DNA of 64,000 bases. Origin: an uncultured Chloroflexia bacterium (GTDB lineage Bacteria; Chloroflexota; Limnocylindria; QHBO01). The position numbers were made by a program, and so were the translations under genes. Of the stretch, positions 32,217 through 42,242 are shown in pieces. Every line of letters begins with the position of its first letter. Position 1 is the stretch's first letter. The stretch covers positions 10,642-74,641 of the forward strand of contig CAWCQX010000003.1 of assembly GCA_963797855.1 (NCBI GenBank), written 5' to 3'. The notes under the pieces were generated by a model, which was not told the DNA's origin, ran no database searches, and was given only the letters and a program-made list of their open reading frames with translations.

Positions 32217-35200
32217 CTAGCTCCCGACGTTCGCTGCGGTGGCCGCCGTCAGCTCGTCGAGGAGCGCACGGGCGCGCGCGGCGGCGGGAAGGACCTCCTT
32301 GCGCTCGTAGCGCTCGAGCGCATCGATGACGACCGGGATGGCCTCCTCCCGGCGGCCGGCCACCAGCAGCACCTCGACGAGGTCCATGAGCGCCGCGGTC
32401 TGCGTATCGACCCGATCGGTCCGCAGCGCGAGCTCGACCGCTTCCCTGGCGAGCGCCTCTCCCGCCTCGACCTCGCCACGCTGCGCGAGCAGCAGCGCTC
32501 GCACCCCTCGCCAGGTCACCTGCGCGGCGATCCAGCTCCTGGCTGCGGCCTGCTCGGAGATCGTCGCGAGCTCATCGGCCTCCTCGTATCGGCCCAGCGC
32601 ATACAGGCAGCGCGCGAGCCAACCGGCGGTGAGGGAGAGGTAGCTCTTGTCGCCCATCGACGACAGCTCCTCGTAGGCTCGTCGCAGCTCGAGCTCGGCC
32701 GCGTGCCAATCTCCGCGGACCATCTCGATGTAGTACCCGAGGCCCTCGCCGCGGGACATCGCCGCTCCGGGGAGGTCGCCGAGGACCTGCCGGTCGGCGA
32801 CGCCCTTGAGGATCATCTCGCGGGCCGCATCGCGCTCTCCGAGCATCCCTCGCAGCTGGCCGAGGAAGCACAGCGCGTACGCCTCGGCGCCGCGATGGCC
32901 GCGAACCCGCTCGAGGACCTCCGATCCCTCCACCAATGCGCGTGAGGCGGGGGTCGGGCCGAACGAGAGCGCGACGATGATGCCGACCAGGTCGTCGTGC
33001 GGATAGTGCGGATCCTTCGCCCGCGAGTCGAACTCGTAGGCGCGCTCAGCGGGCTCGCGCATGCCCTCGAGCTGGCAGAGGCCGTACCGAGCCCAGCTCA
33101 CGAGGCGCCAGGCGCGCGCGGCGCTGAAGTCGTCGCCGTTCGCCTCGCATCGTGCCGCCATCGCCAGCCCTTCGGCCTCGAGCTCCGCGTAGTCCACGTC
33201 CGGGTCGACCTGGAAGCGAAGCCGCAGCTGCGAGAGGTACGAACGGATGCGCGTTCGCTCGTCACCAGCTCGATCCGCCAGCTCGATCGCCTCGGCCAGG
33301 GCGCGGTCGGCGTCCTCGAATTGCCCGGCCCACAGCAGCGCGTCGCCGAGGTCGCCGAGGAGCTGCGGGCGTCGTGGATCGTCGGGCGCCATCAGCGCCA
33401 GTGCTCGGGATCGGAGCTTGACCCCGGCGCTCGTGTCCCCGCGCGAGGAGGCGGTCCATCCGGCGCCGGCGAGGCGATCGGCCGCGCGTCGCGCCAGCTC
33501 CGCTCCGCGCTCGTCGATCGGGCCCAGCTCCGCCAGGTACCGATGCGCCTGCTCGAGGTGCCAGCCGACGATCTCGGCGTACTCGGCCAGGCGCTCGCCG
33601 GCGGTTCTCTCGAGCCAGTCGGCAAAGCGGGCGTGGAGGTCGGCGCGGGACTCCTTGGTCACCGCGTCGTAGGCGGCGTCCCGGATCAGGAGATGGCGAA
33701 ATTCGAACGCTTCCTCGTCGCGGAAGTCCGACCGGCTCGGGCGAATGAGCTCCTTGCGAACCAGCTCGAGCAGGAGGGACGGGATCCGCATCGCGAGGTC
33801 CGGGCTCGACAGATCCGCGACCGCGCCGACATAGAAGGTCTGGCCCATGACCGCCGCGCGGCCGAGAACGGCACGCTCGTCCGGGCCGAGGAGCTCGAGG
33901 CGCGCCGCGAGCAGCGCGTGGATCCCGGGCGGGACGGTGACGTTGTCGAGGTCGCCCACGGCCACCCAGCGACCGTCGAGCGACTCCAGCTTGCCATCGT
34001 CGATGAGCATCGAGATCAGCTGCTCGATGAAGAGCGGGTTGCCCTCGGCGCGACCCGCGACGTGATCCCGAACCTCCGGGAGGCTCTGCGTCTCGCCGAG
34101 CAGCTCCGCGATCAGGCGGTCGCAGGCGGCATCGTCCAGCGGCTCGAGCCGCACGACCGTGCTGGGGCCGGCGCCCGCGCTGTGCCCCCATTCCGGGAGC
34201 CGCTCGAGCAGCTCGGGGCGGCTGGCGCAGAGCAGGACGATCGGGACCGACTCGGAATGGCGCGCGAGGTTCTCGATCAGCTCGAGCAGCGTCGCCTCGG
34301 CCCAGTGCGCATCGTCGAGGAGGACGACGAGGGGACGCTCGGCGGCGAGGGTCGCGAACAGCCTTCGGACCGCCCAGAAGCCCTCCGCGACGACGCCGGT
34401 CGTCTCCTTCAGGCCGGTGATATGGGCGATCGTCTCGGCGATCGAGTGAGCGTCGTCATCGGGCGGGAGCAGCGCCTCGATCCGCGCCACGCTCTCGCCC
34501 GGTCCTTCGTCCTCCTGGATCCCCGCCGCCTGCCTGACCATCTGGGCCAGCGGCCAGAACGTGATGCCCTCGCCGTACGGGAGGCACCTGCCGCGGAGCA
34601 CCGTCGCGCGTCCGTCGAGGGACTCCACGAACTCGTGCGTCAGTCGCGACTTGCCGATGCCCGGACCTCCGACGACCGTGACGAGGCGGCAGTCGCGCTC
34701 GGCCTCCGCTCGCTCCAGCACCCATTCGAGCTGGGCCAGGGCATCCCGGCGGCCGACGAGCGGAGCGTCGAGTCGAGAGGCCGCATCGGGTCCCTCGCGG
34801 AGGGCAAGCAGGCGGTAGGCACCGATCGCGTCGCGCTTGCCCTTCAGCTCGAGGGGTGCCAGCCGCTCGGCGTCGACGGCATCGCGCACGAGCCGGTACG
34901 TCGACTCGGCGAGGAGGATCTCGCCCGCCTCCGCGTGCTGCTGGAGGCGGGCCGCCGCGTTGGCCGCGTCGCCGGCAACGAAGTTGCGATCGGGAACGAG
35001 GCCCTTTCCGGCGACCGTCCCCGTGTTCAGGCCCGTGCGCGTCGCGAGGGTGACGCCATACCGTCGCTGGAAGTCGTCGTTCAGCCGGGCGAGCGTGTGC
35101 CGCATCTCGACCGCTGCGCGCACGGCGCGCAGCGCATCGTCCTCGTGAAGCTCGGTCAGGCCGAAGACCGCCATCACCGCGTCGCCGATGAACTTCGCGA

Positions 35201-35441
35201 GCTTCCCTCCATGCCGCTCGACGACGGGCCCGACCCCCTCGAAGAAGGCGGTCATGACCTGGTCCAGCGTCTCCGGGTCGAGCCGCTCCCCGAGCCCCGT
35301 GGAGTCGACGACGTCGGAGAAGAGGATCGTCACCACTCGGCGGAAGCGCTCGGCGGGCTGTTCGGGCAACGCCTCCCCGCAGGCCAGGCAGAACCTGGCT
35401 CGCTCGGGATTCTCCTCGCCGCAGACCCGGCAGATCGGCAC
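32217..35441 (-). CDS. Zinc-ribbon + class III nucleotide cyclase + P-loop (STAND/AAA_16-like) NTPase + TPR-like repeat protein
   Basis: 1074-aa intact ORF. Zinc ribbon CRVCGEENPERARFCLACG. Cyclase motifs VTILFSDVVDST, KFIGDAVMAVFG, GDAANAAARLQ. Walker A VVGGPGIGKS at ~aa 257-265. The C-terminal ~600 aa are helical-repeat rich. No HTH seen. Confidence 0.85.
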   Translation of the reverse strand: MPICRVCGEENPERARFCLACGEALPEQPAERFRRVVTILFSDVVDSTGLGERLDPETLDQVMTAFFEGVGPVVERHGGKLAKFIGDAVMAVFGLTELHEDDALRAVRAAVEMRHTLARLNDDFQRRYGVTLATRTGLNTGTVAGKGLVPDRNFVAGDAANAAARLQQHAEAGEILLAESTYRLVRDAVDAERLAPLELKGKRDAIGAYRLLALREGPDAASRLDAPLVGRRDALAQLEWVLERAEAERDCRLVTVVGGPGIGKSRLTHEFVESLDGRATVLRGRCLPYGEGITFWPLAQMVRQAAGIQEDEGPGESVARIEALLPPDDDAHSIAETIAHITGLKETTGVVAEGFWAVRRLFATLAAERPLVVLLDDAHWAEATLLELIENLARHSESVPIVLLCASRPELLERLPEWGHSAGAGPSTVVRLEPLDDAACDRLIAELLGETQSLPEVRDHVAGRAEGNPLFIEQLISMLIDDGKLESLDGRWVAVGDLDNVTVPPGIHALLAARLELLGPDERAVLGRAAVMGQTFYVGAVADLSSPDLAMRIPSLLLELVRKELIRPSRSDFRDEEAFEFRHLLIRDAAYDAVTKESRADLHARFADWLERTAGERLAEYAEIVGWHLEQAHRYLAELGPIDERGAELARRAADRLAGAGWTASSRGDTSAGVKLRSRALALMAPDDPRRPQLLGDLGDALLWAGQFEDADRALAEAIELADRAGDERTRIRSYLSQLRLRFQVDPDVDYAELEAEGLAMAARCEANGDDFSAARAWRLVSWARYGLCQLEGMREPAERAYEFDSRAKDPHYPHDDLVGIIVALSFGPTPASRALVEGSEVLERVRGHRGAEAYALCFLGQLRGMLGERDAAREMILKGVADRQVLGDLPGAAMSRGEGLGYYIEMVRGDWHAAELELRRAYEELSSMGDKSYLSLTAGWLARCLYALGRYEEADELATISEQAAARSWIAAQVTWRGVRALLLAQRGEVEAGEALAREAVELALRTDRVDTQTAALMDLVEVLLVAGRREEAIPVVIDALERYERKEVLPAAARARALLDELTAATAANVGS

Positions 35442-35506
35442 GGACCGAGTCTAGGGCCGGGTGGCGCCATGTGGAACGTTCGGCCTGCGGTATCGTTCGC
35501 GCGCTG

Positions 35507-35971
35507 ATGGCCGACTCCCCGCCGATCCCCACGGACGCCTCACTCGGCCTCGTCGAGCGCGTCGCCGCGCTGCACCGCACCGATCTCTTCGCGGGTGTCC
35601 CCGGGCGAGTGCTCGCCGCCGTCGCGGAAGCCACGACCGAAGTCCGCGCCGCTCCCGGCGACGTGCTGATCACCGAGGGTGCGGTCGACGCGCACCTCTA
35701 CGCCATCGTGGACGGTCGCGTCCGGGTCCATCGCGGCGGCGAGACGGTCGTCGAGCTCGGTCCGGGGGTCACCGTGGGTGAGCTGGCCGCCCTGGTTCCC
35801 CAGCCGCGGACGGCATCGGTGACGGCGCTGGAGCCGACGCTCCTCCTGCGCCTCGACAAGGCGGTGCTCGACGATCTTCTCGCCGACTGGCCGGAGCTCG
35901 CCCACGGCGTGATCGCCGTGCTCGTCGGGCGGTTGACCGAGATCGCGGAACGGGCCGACCGAGGCCAGTGA
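35507..35971 (+). CDS. Stand-alone cyclic-nucleotide-binding (CNB/CAP-effector) domain protein
   Basis: 154 aa from ATG 35507. LFAGVPGRVLAAVAEA...APGDVLITEGAVDAHLYAIVDGRV, with phosphate-binding cassette GELAAL...RTASVTA. Stop overlaps the next start (GTGA, 35968-35971). The alternative GTG 35471 is less likely. Confidence 0.8.
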   Translation: MADSPPIPTDASLGLVERVAALHRTDLFAGVPGRVLAAVAEATTEVRAAPGDVLITEGAVDAHLYAIVDGRVRVHRGGETVVELGPGVTVGELAALVPQPRTASVTALEPTLLLRLDKAVLDDLLADWPELAHGVIAVLVGRLTEIAERADRGQ

Positions 35972-38387
35972 CCAGCGCGCCCCCGCGCGGCGTCGTCGGC
36001 CTGCTGACCGCCCAGGCGCTCGCCTTCGGGGTCACCCTCGCGCTCCTGGTCATCCCCGCCAACGCGCTGTTCCTCGACGCGTACGGGTCGGAGTGGCTGC
36101 CCGCGACGTACATCGCCACCGCCGTCGTCGGCAGCCTCGCGTCGATCTTCATCGCCCGAGCGGCCCGCCATACCCGACTCGTTCGCCTGGCGACGGTCAC
36201 GCTCGGCGCGCTCGCCGCCGTGTACGCCGCGTCGTGGGTGATCCTCGTCGCCGGTGGCGTCTGGGTCTCGGCGGTCCTGCTCGTCGCGTTTCCGATCGCG
36301 CTCCAGCTTGGCTTCGTGTTCATCGGTGGCCAGGCAGGCCGGCTCCTCGACGTGCGGCAGATGAAGGAGCGCTTCCCGCGCATCGTGTCGGGGTTCGCGG
36401 TCGGGTTCTTCCTCGGCGGCCTGCTGGGGATCCCGCTCCTCTCGCTGCTTGGCTCGACCGAGCAGCTGATGCTCGCCACGACCGCCGCCGACATCGCGTT
36501 CCTCGGCCTCCTGATCGCCACGGAGCGCCGGTTCCCGGAGATCCGCGAAGCCCCGGCCGGCGAGGGGCCGGCGGTCGCGCGGCCGCCGTTGCGGACGCTC
36601 TTCGCTCCGGGCATCGTCCTGCTCCTGCTCATCTACCAGATCCTGTCCGCGATGGGGTCGCAGGTGTTCGACTTCCTCCTCTTCGACCGCGCCGCAACGC
36701 AGTACAGCGGGGATGAGCTCACCAAGTTCCTCTCCGCCTATACCGCGGTGCTCAACCTCGTCGACATCCTCTTCCTCGCGATCCTCGCCGGTCCGCTGAT
36801 GCGGCGATTCGGACTGCGTCTCGGCCTCGTCTTCAATCCCGCCGTCGTCAGCGTCGTGCTCGCCGTGATGACCGTGATCGCCACGGGGGGTAGCTCGGCA
36901 GCGTTCGGGCTCTTCGTGCTGGCCGGCGCGCTTCGCATCGCCGACATCGCGGCGACCGATGGAACGACCCGCACGTCGATCAATGCGGCGTTCCAGGTCG
37001 TTCCGATCGGCGAGCGCCTCGCGGTGCAGGCGGTCGTCGAGGGTGTCGGCGTGCCCGTCGCGATCGGCGTGACCGGGGTCATCCTCCTCGGGCTGAACAT
37101 CCTCGATCTCGGGATCGGTGCGGTGATCGTGTTCGGCCTCGTGCTCTCGGTCATCTGGACGGGAATCGCCGTCGGGGTGTATCGGTCGTACCGGCGAACG
37201 CTCGCCGCCCAGATGCGCCGGCGCTCGCTCCTCGCGGGTGCGGTTGGATTCGCCGAGGACGAGGCCTCGCTTCGCGAGCTCCTCCGGTCAACCGACGTTC
37301 GAGACGTTCGCCTCGGCCTCGACCTGCTTGCCGGCGTCGAGTCCGAGACATCCGGAGCCGACCTCCAGCAGCTGGCCGACCATGCCGATCCCGAGGTCCG
37401 CGTGCAGGGCACTCGTCGAGCTCGCCGTCCCGCGGAGACGCGGGGGCGGCCGCGGAGGTCGCGCCGCTCGTCGCCAGCCTCGCCGGCTCGGCCGAACCCT
37501 CGGACCGGCGCGCCGCCGCCGTGGCGATGGGCGCTCGAGGCGTCGTCGCCGACGATCGGACCGTCCTCATCGGCCTCCTGGGAGATCCGGACCGGACGGT
37601 GCGCGCCGCCGCGCTCGATGCCGTGGCGCCCGAGGATGGCGCGGACGAACGGGTGATCCGTCACGTGGTCGCAGCGATGGGAGAGCCACGCACCGCCGGA
37701 CCGGCGGCCGACGCGCTGAAGCGGCTGGGCGAGCCGGCCATCCCGTTCCTGGTCGCTGCGCTCGCCGGCGAGCACGGGCCAAGGCGGCCGTGCCTCGTCC
37801 GGGCCGCGGCCGGAGCCGCGGCCACGCACGGCGTGACGATCATCGCGCCGGCGCTCCGCGACCCGGATCGGGACGTCGTCCTCATCGCCCTCGAGGCATT
37901 GGACGCGGCCGGCGGCGCCGACGTCGTCCTTCCGGTGATCCTCGACGACATCTTCCGCGACGCGGCAGCGCATGCGGCGCGCGCGCAGGCGGCGCGAGCC
38001 GCCATCGAACCAACCGATGACCCGCTCCATCGAGCACTGGACGACGAGCTCGAGCTTGCGCGAAGGCTCGTCATCGCCGTGCTCGCGCTGCGGCACGGCG
38101 ATCGGGTCCGTGAGGCCGTTCGGGTCGCGGATTTCGCGGACGGACAACGCCGCGCGCTCGGAGTCGAGGCGCTCGAGGTGATCCTCTCCCGCGAGGAGGC
38201 CGAGGTCGTCCTCCCGCTCGTCCGGCGCGAGATCAGGAAGGGTGCCTCGCTGCGAGCCGCGGAGATCGGGCGCAGCCGGGAGCAGTGGGTCGCCGACATC
38301 GTCGCCGACCCGGACGCGGTCTGGCGCTCGTCGTGGCTCGCCGCGTGTGCCCGCCATGCATCCGCGCGGGCGGGAGACCCGGGATGA
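35968..38387 (+). pseudogene. Multi-TM NTT(ATP/ADP-translocase)/MFS-like transporter fused to HEAT repeats; frame broken at ~37406 and ~37428
   Basis: The first ~430 aa carry ~12 hydrophobic segments (LLTAQALAFGVTLALLVIPANALFLDAYGSEWLPATYIATAVV...). The C-terminal half has HEAT-like repeats DPEVRV(R)ALVELA, DPDRTVRAAALDAV, RDPDRDVVLIALEAL. Pieces are ORFs 35968-37656, 37238-38020 and 37521-38387. Confidence 0.65.
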
Positions 38388-38394
38388 GGCGGCC

Positions 38395-39015
38395 CTATCG
38401 GGCTTCGGCAGACGCTCGCGCCTTGACCTCGACCACGCGATAGCGAAGGACGACGGCTCCGCCCTCGAAGGTCCGGCTCTCGACGAGATCGAGGGCCAGA
38501 TCGGCCTCGAGGCCGTCGAACAGGCCCGGGCCTTCCGCGAGCACGGCTGGGTGGATCGCGACGACGTACTCGTCGATCAGGCCCGGCGTCGCCGCCAGCG
38601 GGGCGAGCGTGCGAGGGCCGCACGACAGGATGATGTCGGCGCCGTCATCGGCCTTCAAGGCCGCAAGCTGTGCCGCCAGGTCGCCGTGGATCACCCGACG
38701 ATCCGCCGAGGGCTCGAGCGACGTCGAGAAGACGAGCTTGAGGAGGCCGTGCTGGATCGTCGCGAACTCGAGGTCCGCCGGATGGAGCTCGACCGCATCG
38801 TCCGGCAGCCGGCCGGCCGCGATCTCCTCCCACCACGGCACGATCGCGTCGAACATCCGCCGGCTCATCGCCCAGGTATCGGCCCGACGGAAGACCTCGT
38901 TGATCCATGCCTGCTCCGGCTCGCCCCACGGAAAGGGCTCCCAGAACACCCCGAACTCGCTCGAGCCGATCCGGTTGTTCAGCGTCGTCTGCATGACGAC
39001 GACGATCCGTCTCAT
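38395..39015 (-). CDS. Dihydrofolate-reductase-like (RibD C-terminal domain) family protein
   Basis: From ATG 39015 (MRRIVVVMQTTLNNRIGS...), with DIILSCGPRTLAPLAATPGLIDEYVVAIHPAVLAEG. ATG overlaps the upstream stop (ATGA, 39012-39015). The N-terminal part of ORF 38395-39357 belongs to the upstream gene. Confidence 0.65.
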   Translation of the reverse strand: MRRIVVVMQTTLNNRIGSSEFGVFWEPFPWGEPEQAWINEVFRRADTWAMSRRMFDAIVPWWEEIAAGRLPDDAVELHPADLEFATIQHGLLKLVFSTSLEPSADRRVIHGDLAAQLAALKADDGADIILSCGPRTLAPLAATPGLIDEYVVAIHPAVLAEGPGLFDGLEADLALDLVESRTFEGGAVVLRYRVVEVKARASAEAR

Positions 39016-40366
39016 GGGGCGGCCGGCGCGATGTTCTGGTTCAGGTGGAAGACGTTGTCGGGATCCCACCGGCGCTTCAGCGCCGACAGCCGCTCGCAGC
39101 TTCGCGTCGCCGTAGGCGCGACGAACGGCCGCCTCGTCGTCTTCGACGAGCGCGTTGACGTAGACGCCGCTGGCGAAGGGCTCGAGCGCATCGCCGAAGG
39201 CGCGTGCCGAGTCGATGCGATCCGCGTCCTCGGCGGGATCGGCCCACGTGTGGCCACCGAAGAACTCCACGAGCGTGTCGCGGTGGCTGAATGCCGAGTC
39301 CTCGTTCGCCACGTCGGCGATCGCGCCGCCGTAGCCCTGGAGGCCGCCGGGCGCCACGCGTGACCAGTCGGCTTCGCCGGCCGCCGAGACGCCGCGGGTC
39401 AGGAAGGCCTCGATCGCGGGATCGGTCAGCTCGGTGAAGTAGTGGCCGTTGGCGTATCGCCGCAGGCCATGGTGGTGGTTGTGCGTCGCCGATGCTCTGG
39501 AGCTCGAGATAGCTCATCTCGACGACGCTCTCGTCGGCGGCCTGGCCGATGCTCCGCATCGTCGGCAGGTACGCACGCGCGTCGTCGGGATCGCCGACCC
39601 AGGCGTAGCCGATGAGGACGACGGGCCGGCCATCCACGGTCACGGCGTCCGCCGTCAGGGTCGCCTGCCGCGGCGCGTCGGGAAGGAGGTCGCGCCAGCG
39701 GCGCATCGGCTCGAGGGCGTCGGCAGCCGGGAAGGCGAGCTCGACGACGACCGCACGCCCGGCGACGGGGTGCAGGCGGAACGTGAACTCCGTCACGACC
39801 CCGAAGTTGCCGCCGCCCCCGCGCAGGCCCCAGTACAGCTCCGGCTCCTCCGAAGCGGTCGCGCGGACGAGCTCGCCGTCGGCGGTGACGAGCGTGTAGC
39901 GCTCGACGTTGTCGCACGCGAGGCCCGCCTGGCGGGCGAGCCAGCCCATGCCGCCACCGAGCGTGAGGCCACCGACCCCGGTGTGCGAGACGTTGCCCGC
40001 CGTGGTCGCGAGCCCGTGTGCCTGCGACGCGCGATCGAGGTAGCGGAGGAGCGCGCCGCCCTCGACGACGGCGCGTCGGGCGTCGGGGTCGACGGTGACC
40101 GTGGACATCGGCGAGAGGTCGATCATCAGGCCGCCCTCGGGCACCGAGTGGCCCAGGACGCTGTGGCCGCCGCACTTCACCGCGATCTCGAGGCCCTCCG
40201 CGCGGGCGTGGCGAATGGCCGCCGCGACGTCGTCGGGACTCGCGCAGCGGGCGATGAGCGCGGGCCGGCGGTCGACCATCGCGTTCCAGACCTCTCGATG
40301 CGCGTCGTACTCGGCGTCATCCGGACCGATCAGCGTGCCGCCGAAGCCACGGATCGCCTGTGTCAT
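39012..40366 (-). pseudogene. FAD-linked (PCMH/BBE-type) oxidoreductase; frame broken at ~39478 and ~39096
   Basis: From ATG 40366: MTQAIRGFGGTLIGPDD, IAVKCGGHSVLGHS, GVGGLTLGGGMGWLARQ, LYWGLRGGGGNFGVVTEF. The C-terminal BBE-like tail ERLSALKRRWDPDNVFHLNQNI lies in a third frame. Confidence 0.8.
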
Positions 40367-40450
40367 TGGGTCGTCCCTCGATGCGGGTGCCTTGCCGATG
40401 CCCATAGGATGGCCGTCTGGCCCGAAACTCATCGTGGAGGATGCGCTCCA

Positions 40451-41623
40451 GTGGCGGATCGGTACGACGCAATCGTCATCGGCCTCGGGGGGATGGGGTC
40501 GGCGGCGGCGTATCACCTCGCGCGACGCGGCAAGCGCGTGCTCGGGCTGGAGCAGTTCGACCTCCTCCACGAGCTCGGCTCGTCGCACGGCGTCACCCGG
40601 ATCATCCGCCTCGCGTACCACGAGGATCCGTCGTACGTGCCGCTGCTCCGGCGGGCGTACGAGCTGTGGCACGACCTCGAGGCCGATGCCGGCGAGCGGC
40701 TGCTCATCACCACCGGCTCGCTCGAGGGCGGGCCGGAGGACGGGAGCACGTTCCGTGGCGCGCTCGAGGCGGCCGAGCTTCACGACCTGCCACACGAGGT
40801 GCTCGACGCGTCCGAGATGCGACGTCGGTATCCCGCGTATGCCGGATTCGACTCGACGACGCGGGTCGTCTTCCAGCCCGACGGCGGCTTCCTCCTCGCC
40901 GAGCGCACGATCCTGGCGCACGTCAACGGTGCGCTGGCGGCCGGCGCCGAGCTGCGCTTCCGCGAGCCGGTGCTGGCCTGGGAGCCGATCGGCGACGGCG
41001 TCCGCGTCGTGACCGAGCGCGGGAGCCACGATGCCGACCGCCTCGTCGTCTGCGCCGGCGCGTGGGCCCGAACCCTCGTCCCCGACCTGGAGCGCCTCGC
41101 GGTGCCGGAGCGCCAGGTCCTCGCCTGGCTGCAGCCGACGCGCGTGGAGCTCTTCGAGCCCGATCGGTTCCCGGTGTTCCTCATCGACGTCGAGGAGGGC
41201 AGCCACTACGGCTTCCCGGTGCACGACGTGCCCGGCTTCAAGTTCGGCCGCTACCACCACCTCGGCGAGCCGATCGATCCGTCGGATCCGGACCGCTCGG
41301 TCCGACCCGGGGACGAGGCGGTGCTGCGCGCGTTCGCCGAGCGCTACTTCCCCGACGGAGCCGGCCCGACCGTGATGCTCAAGGCGTGCATGTTCACGAA
41401 CTCGCCCGACGAGCACTTCCTGCTCGGGACGATGCCCGACGCGCCCCAGGTCTCACTCTTTGCCGGCGAGTCGGGCCACGGCTACAAGTTCGCATCGGTC
41501 GTCGGCGAGATCCTCGCGGACCTCGCCGTCGACGGCGTCACCCGCCACGACATCGGCCTCTTCGGGCTCGACCGATTCGCCGCCGGCCTGCCGACAGCCG
41601 GGCATCCGGAGCACGTCGCGTAA
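40451..41623 (+). CDS. Monomeric sarcosine oxidase / N-methyltryptophan oxidase-like FAD enzyme
   Basis: GTG 40451: VADRYDAIVIGLGGMGSAAAYHLARRG (GxGxxG), and KACMFTNSPDEHFLLG (the covalent-FAD Cys context of the MSOX family). The first 334 codons of ORF 39449-41623 are antisense to the oxidase gene. Confidence 0.8.
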   Translation: MADRYDAIVIGLGGMGSAAAYHLARRGKRVLGLEQFDLLHELGSSHGVTRIIRLAYHEDPSYVPLLRRAYELWHDLEADAGERLLITTGSLEGGPEDGSTFRGALEAAELHDLPHEVLDASEMRRRYPAYAGFDSTTRVVFQPDGGFLLAERTILAHVNGALAAGAELRFREPVLAWEPIGDGVRVVTERGSHDADRLVVCAGAWARTLVPDLERLAVPERQVLAWLQPTRVELFEPDRFPVFLIDVEEGSHYGFPVHDVPGFKFGRYHHLGEPIDPSDPDRSVRPGDEAVLRAFAERYFPDGAGPTVMLKACMFTNSPDEHFLLGTMPDAPQVSLFAGESGHGYKFASVVGEILADLAVDGVTRHDIGLFGLDRFAAGLPTAGHPEHVA

Positions 41624-41818
41624 TCGCGGCCGCTCGGGGGCCATTCGTACGGGGCCGGGTCCAGTGTTGAACAAGATGTGGACAAGTTGGTGGACATTCC
41701 CCTTCCCGATGGCGACCCGACGCGCCTACGATCCGCCCCGGCCCTGCACACTCAACCGAGGCGCAGTGCCACCGTCATCATCCATTTCCACTCAACCGCA
41801 TACGGAGGGTGCCATCGC

Positions 41819-42163
41819 ATGACGCAGCGGTCGCTGGCGTCCGGAGTCGCCGTCCCACGACCCGGAGAAGGGGAGTTGCCCACTCCCGACATCATCGCCT
41901 TCATCCGCTACTGCCACGGGAGGAGAGGAGCGTCCTGGCCTGAGCTCTACGACGAGATGTGCGCGGTCGCCGCGCGCCGAGAGTTCAACGGCTGGGACCA
42001 CGCGCAGCTCGCGGCCCGCGGAGTGACCTTCACGCTGCTCGAGATGCCTCAGCTCGCCGGCTGGGCGCGCGCCGTCCTCGCCGGGATGGCGGAGCAGCGC
42101 GAGATCGACGATCATCGCGGACCAACGACACCACGTCTCGAGGCGCAGGCCGCGGTCGCCTGA
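41819..42163 (+). CDS. Hypothetical protein (114 aa)
   Basis: ATG 41819 with GGAGGG 9 nt upstream. Translation MTQRSLASGVAVPRPGEGELPTPDIIAFIRYCHGRRGASWPELYDEMCAVAARREFNGWDHAQLAARGV... A terminator follows. The in-frame upstream extension to 41678 is also open, so the start is uncertain. Confidence 0.45.
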   Translation: MTQRSLASGVAVPRPGEGELPTPDIIAFIRYCHGRRGASWPELYDEMCAVAARREFNGWDHAQLAARGVTFTLLEMPQLAGWARAVLAGMAEQREIDDHRGPTTPRLEAQAAVA

Positions 42164-42203
42164 GCGTCGCTCCTGCGCAGGGGAATGAGTCCACTCCCCG
42201 GAG

Positions 42204-42239
42204 CCCCGACCCGAGCTCGGCGGGTCGGGGCTTCTTCTT
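42204..42239 (+). terminator. Rho-independent terminator
   Basis: 10-bp stem CCCCGACCCG / CGGGTCGGGG (42204-42230), followed by CTTCTTCTT. Confidence 0.55.
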
Positions 42240-42242
42240 GGG

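Noticed and set aside
32997-35507. 836-aa plus-strand ORF
   Set aside because: It is antisense to the intact cyclase-NTPase-TPR gene, has no recognisable motifs, and is a high-GC artefact.
32217-35971. Calling the cyclase plus cNMP-binding pair a Pycsar defence system
   Set aside because: The cyclase is a 1074-aa STAND/TPR fusion, and its specificity residues cannot be judged by eye. The genes are divergent rather than co-directional. The CNB protein has no fused TM or TIR effector. Only the general logic is similar, so I report it as a candidate novel module, not as Pycsar.
39449-40450. First 334 codons of the 724-aa ORF 39449-41623
   Set aside because: They are antisense to the FAD-linked oxidase gene. 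Recognisable sarcosine-oxidase homology, including the GxGxxG motif, begins only at GTG 40451.
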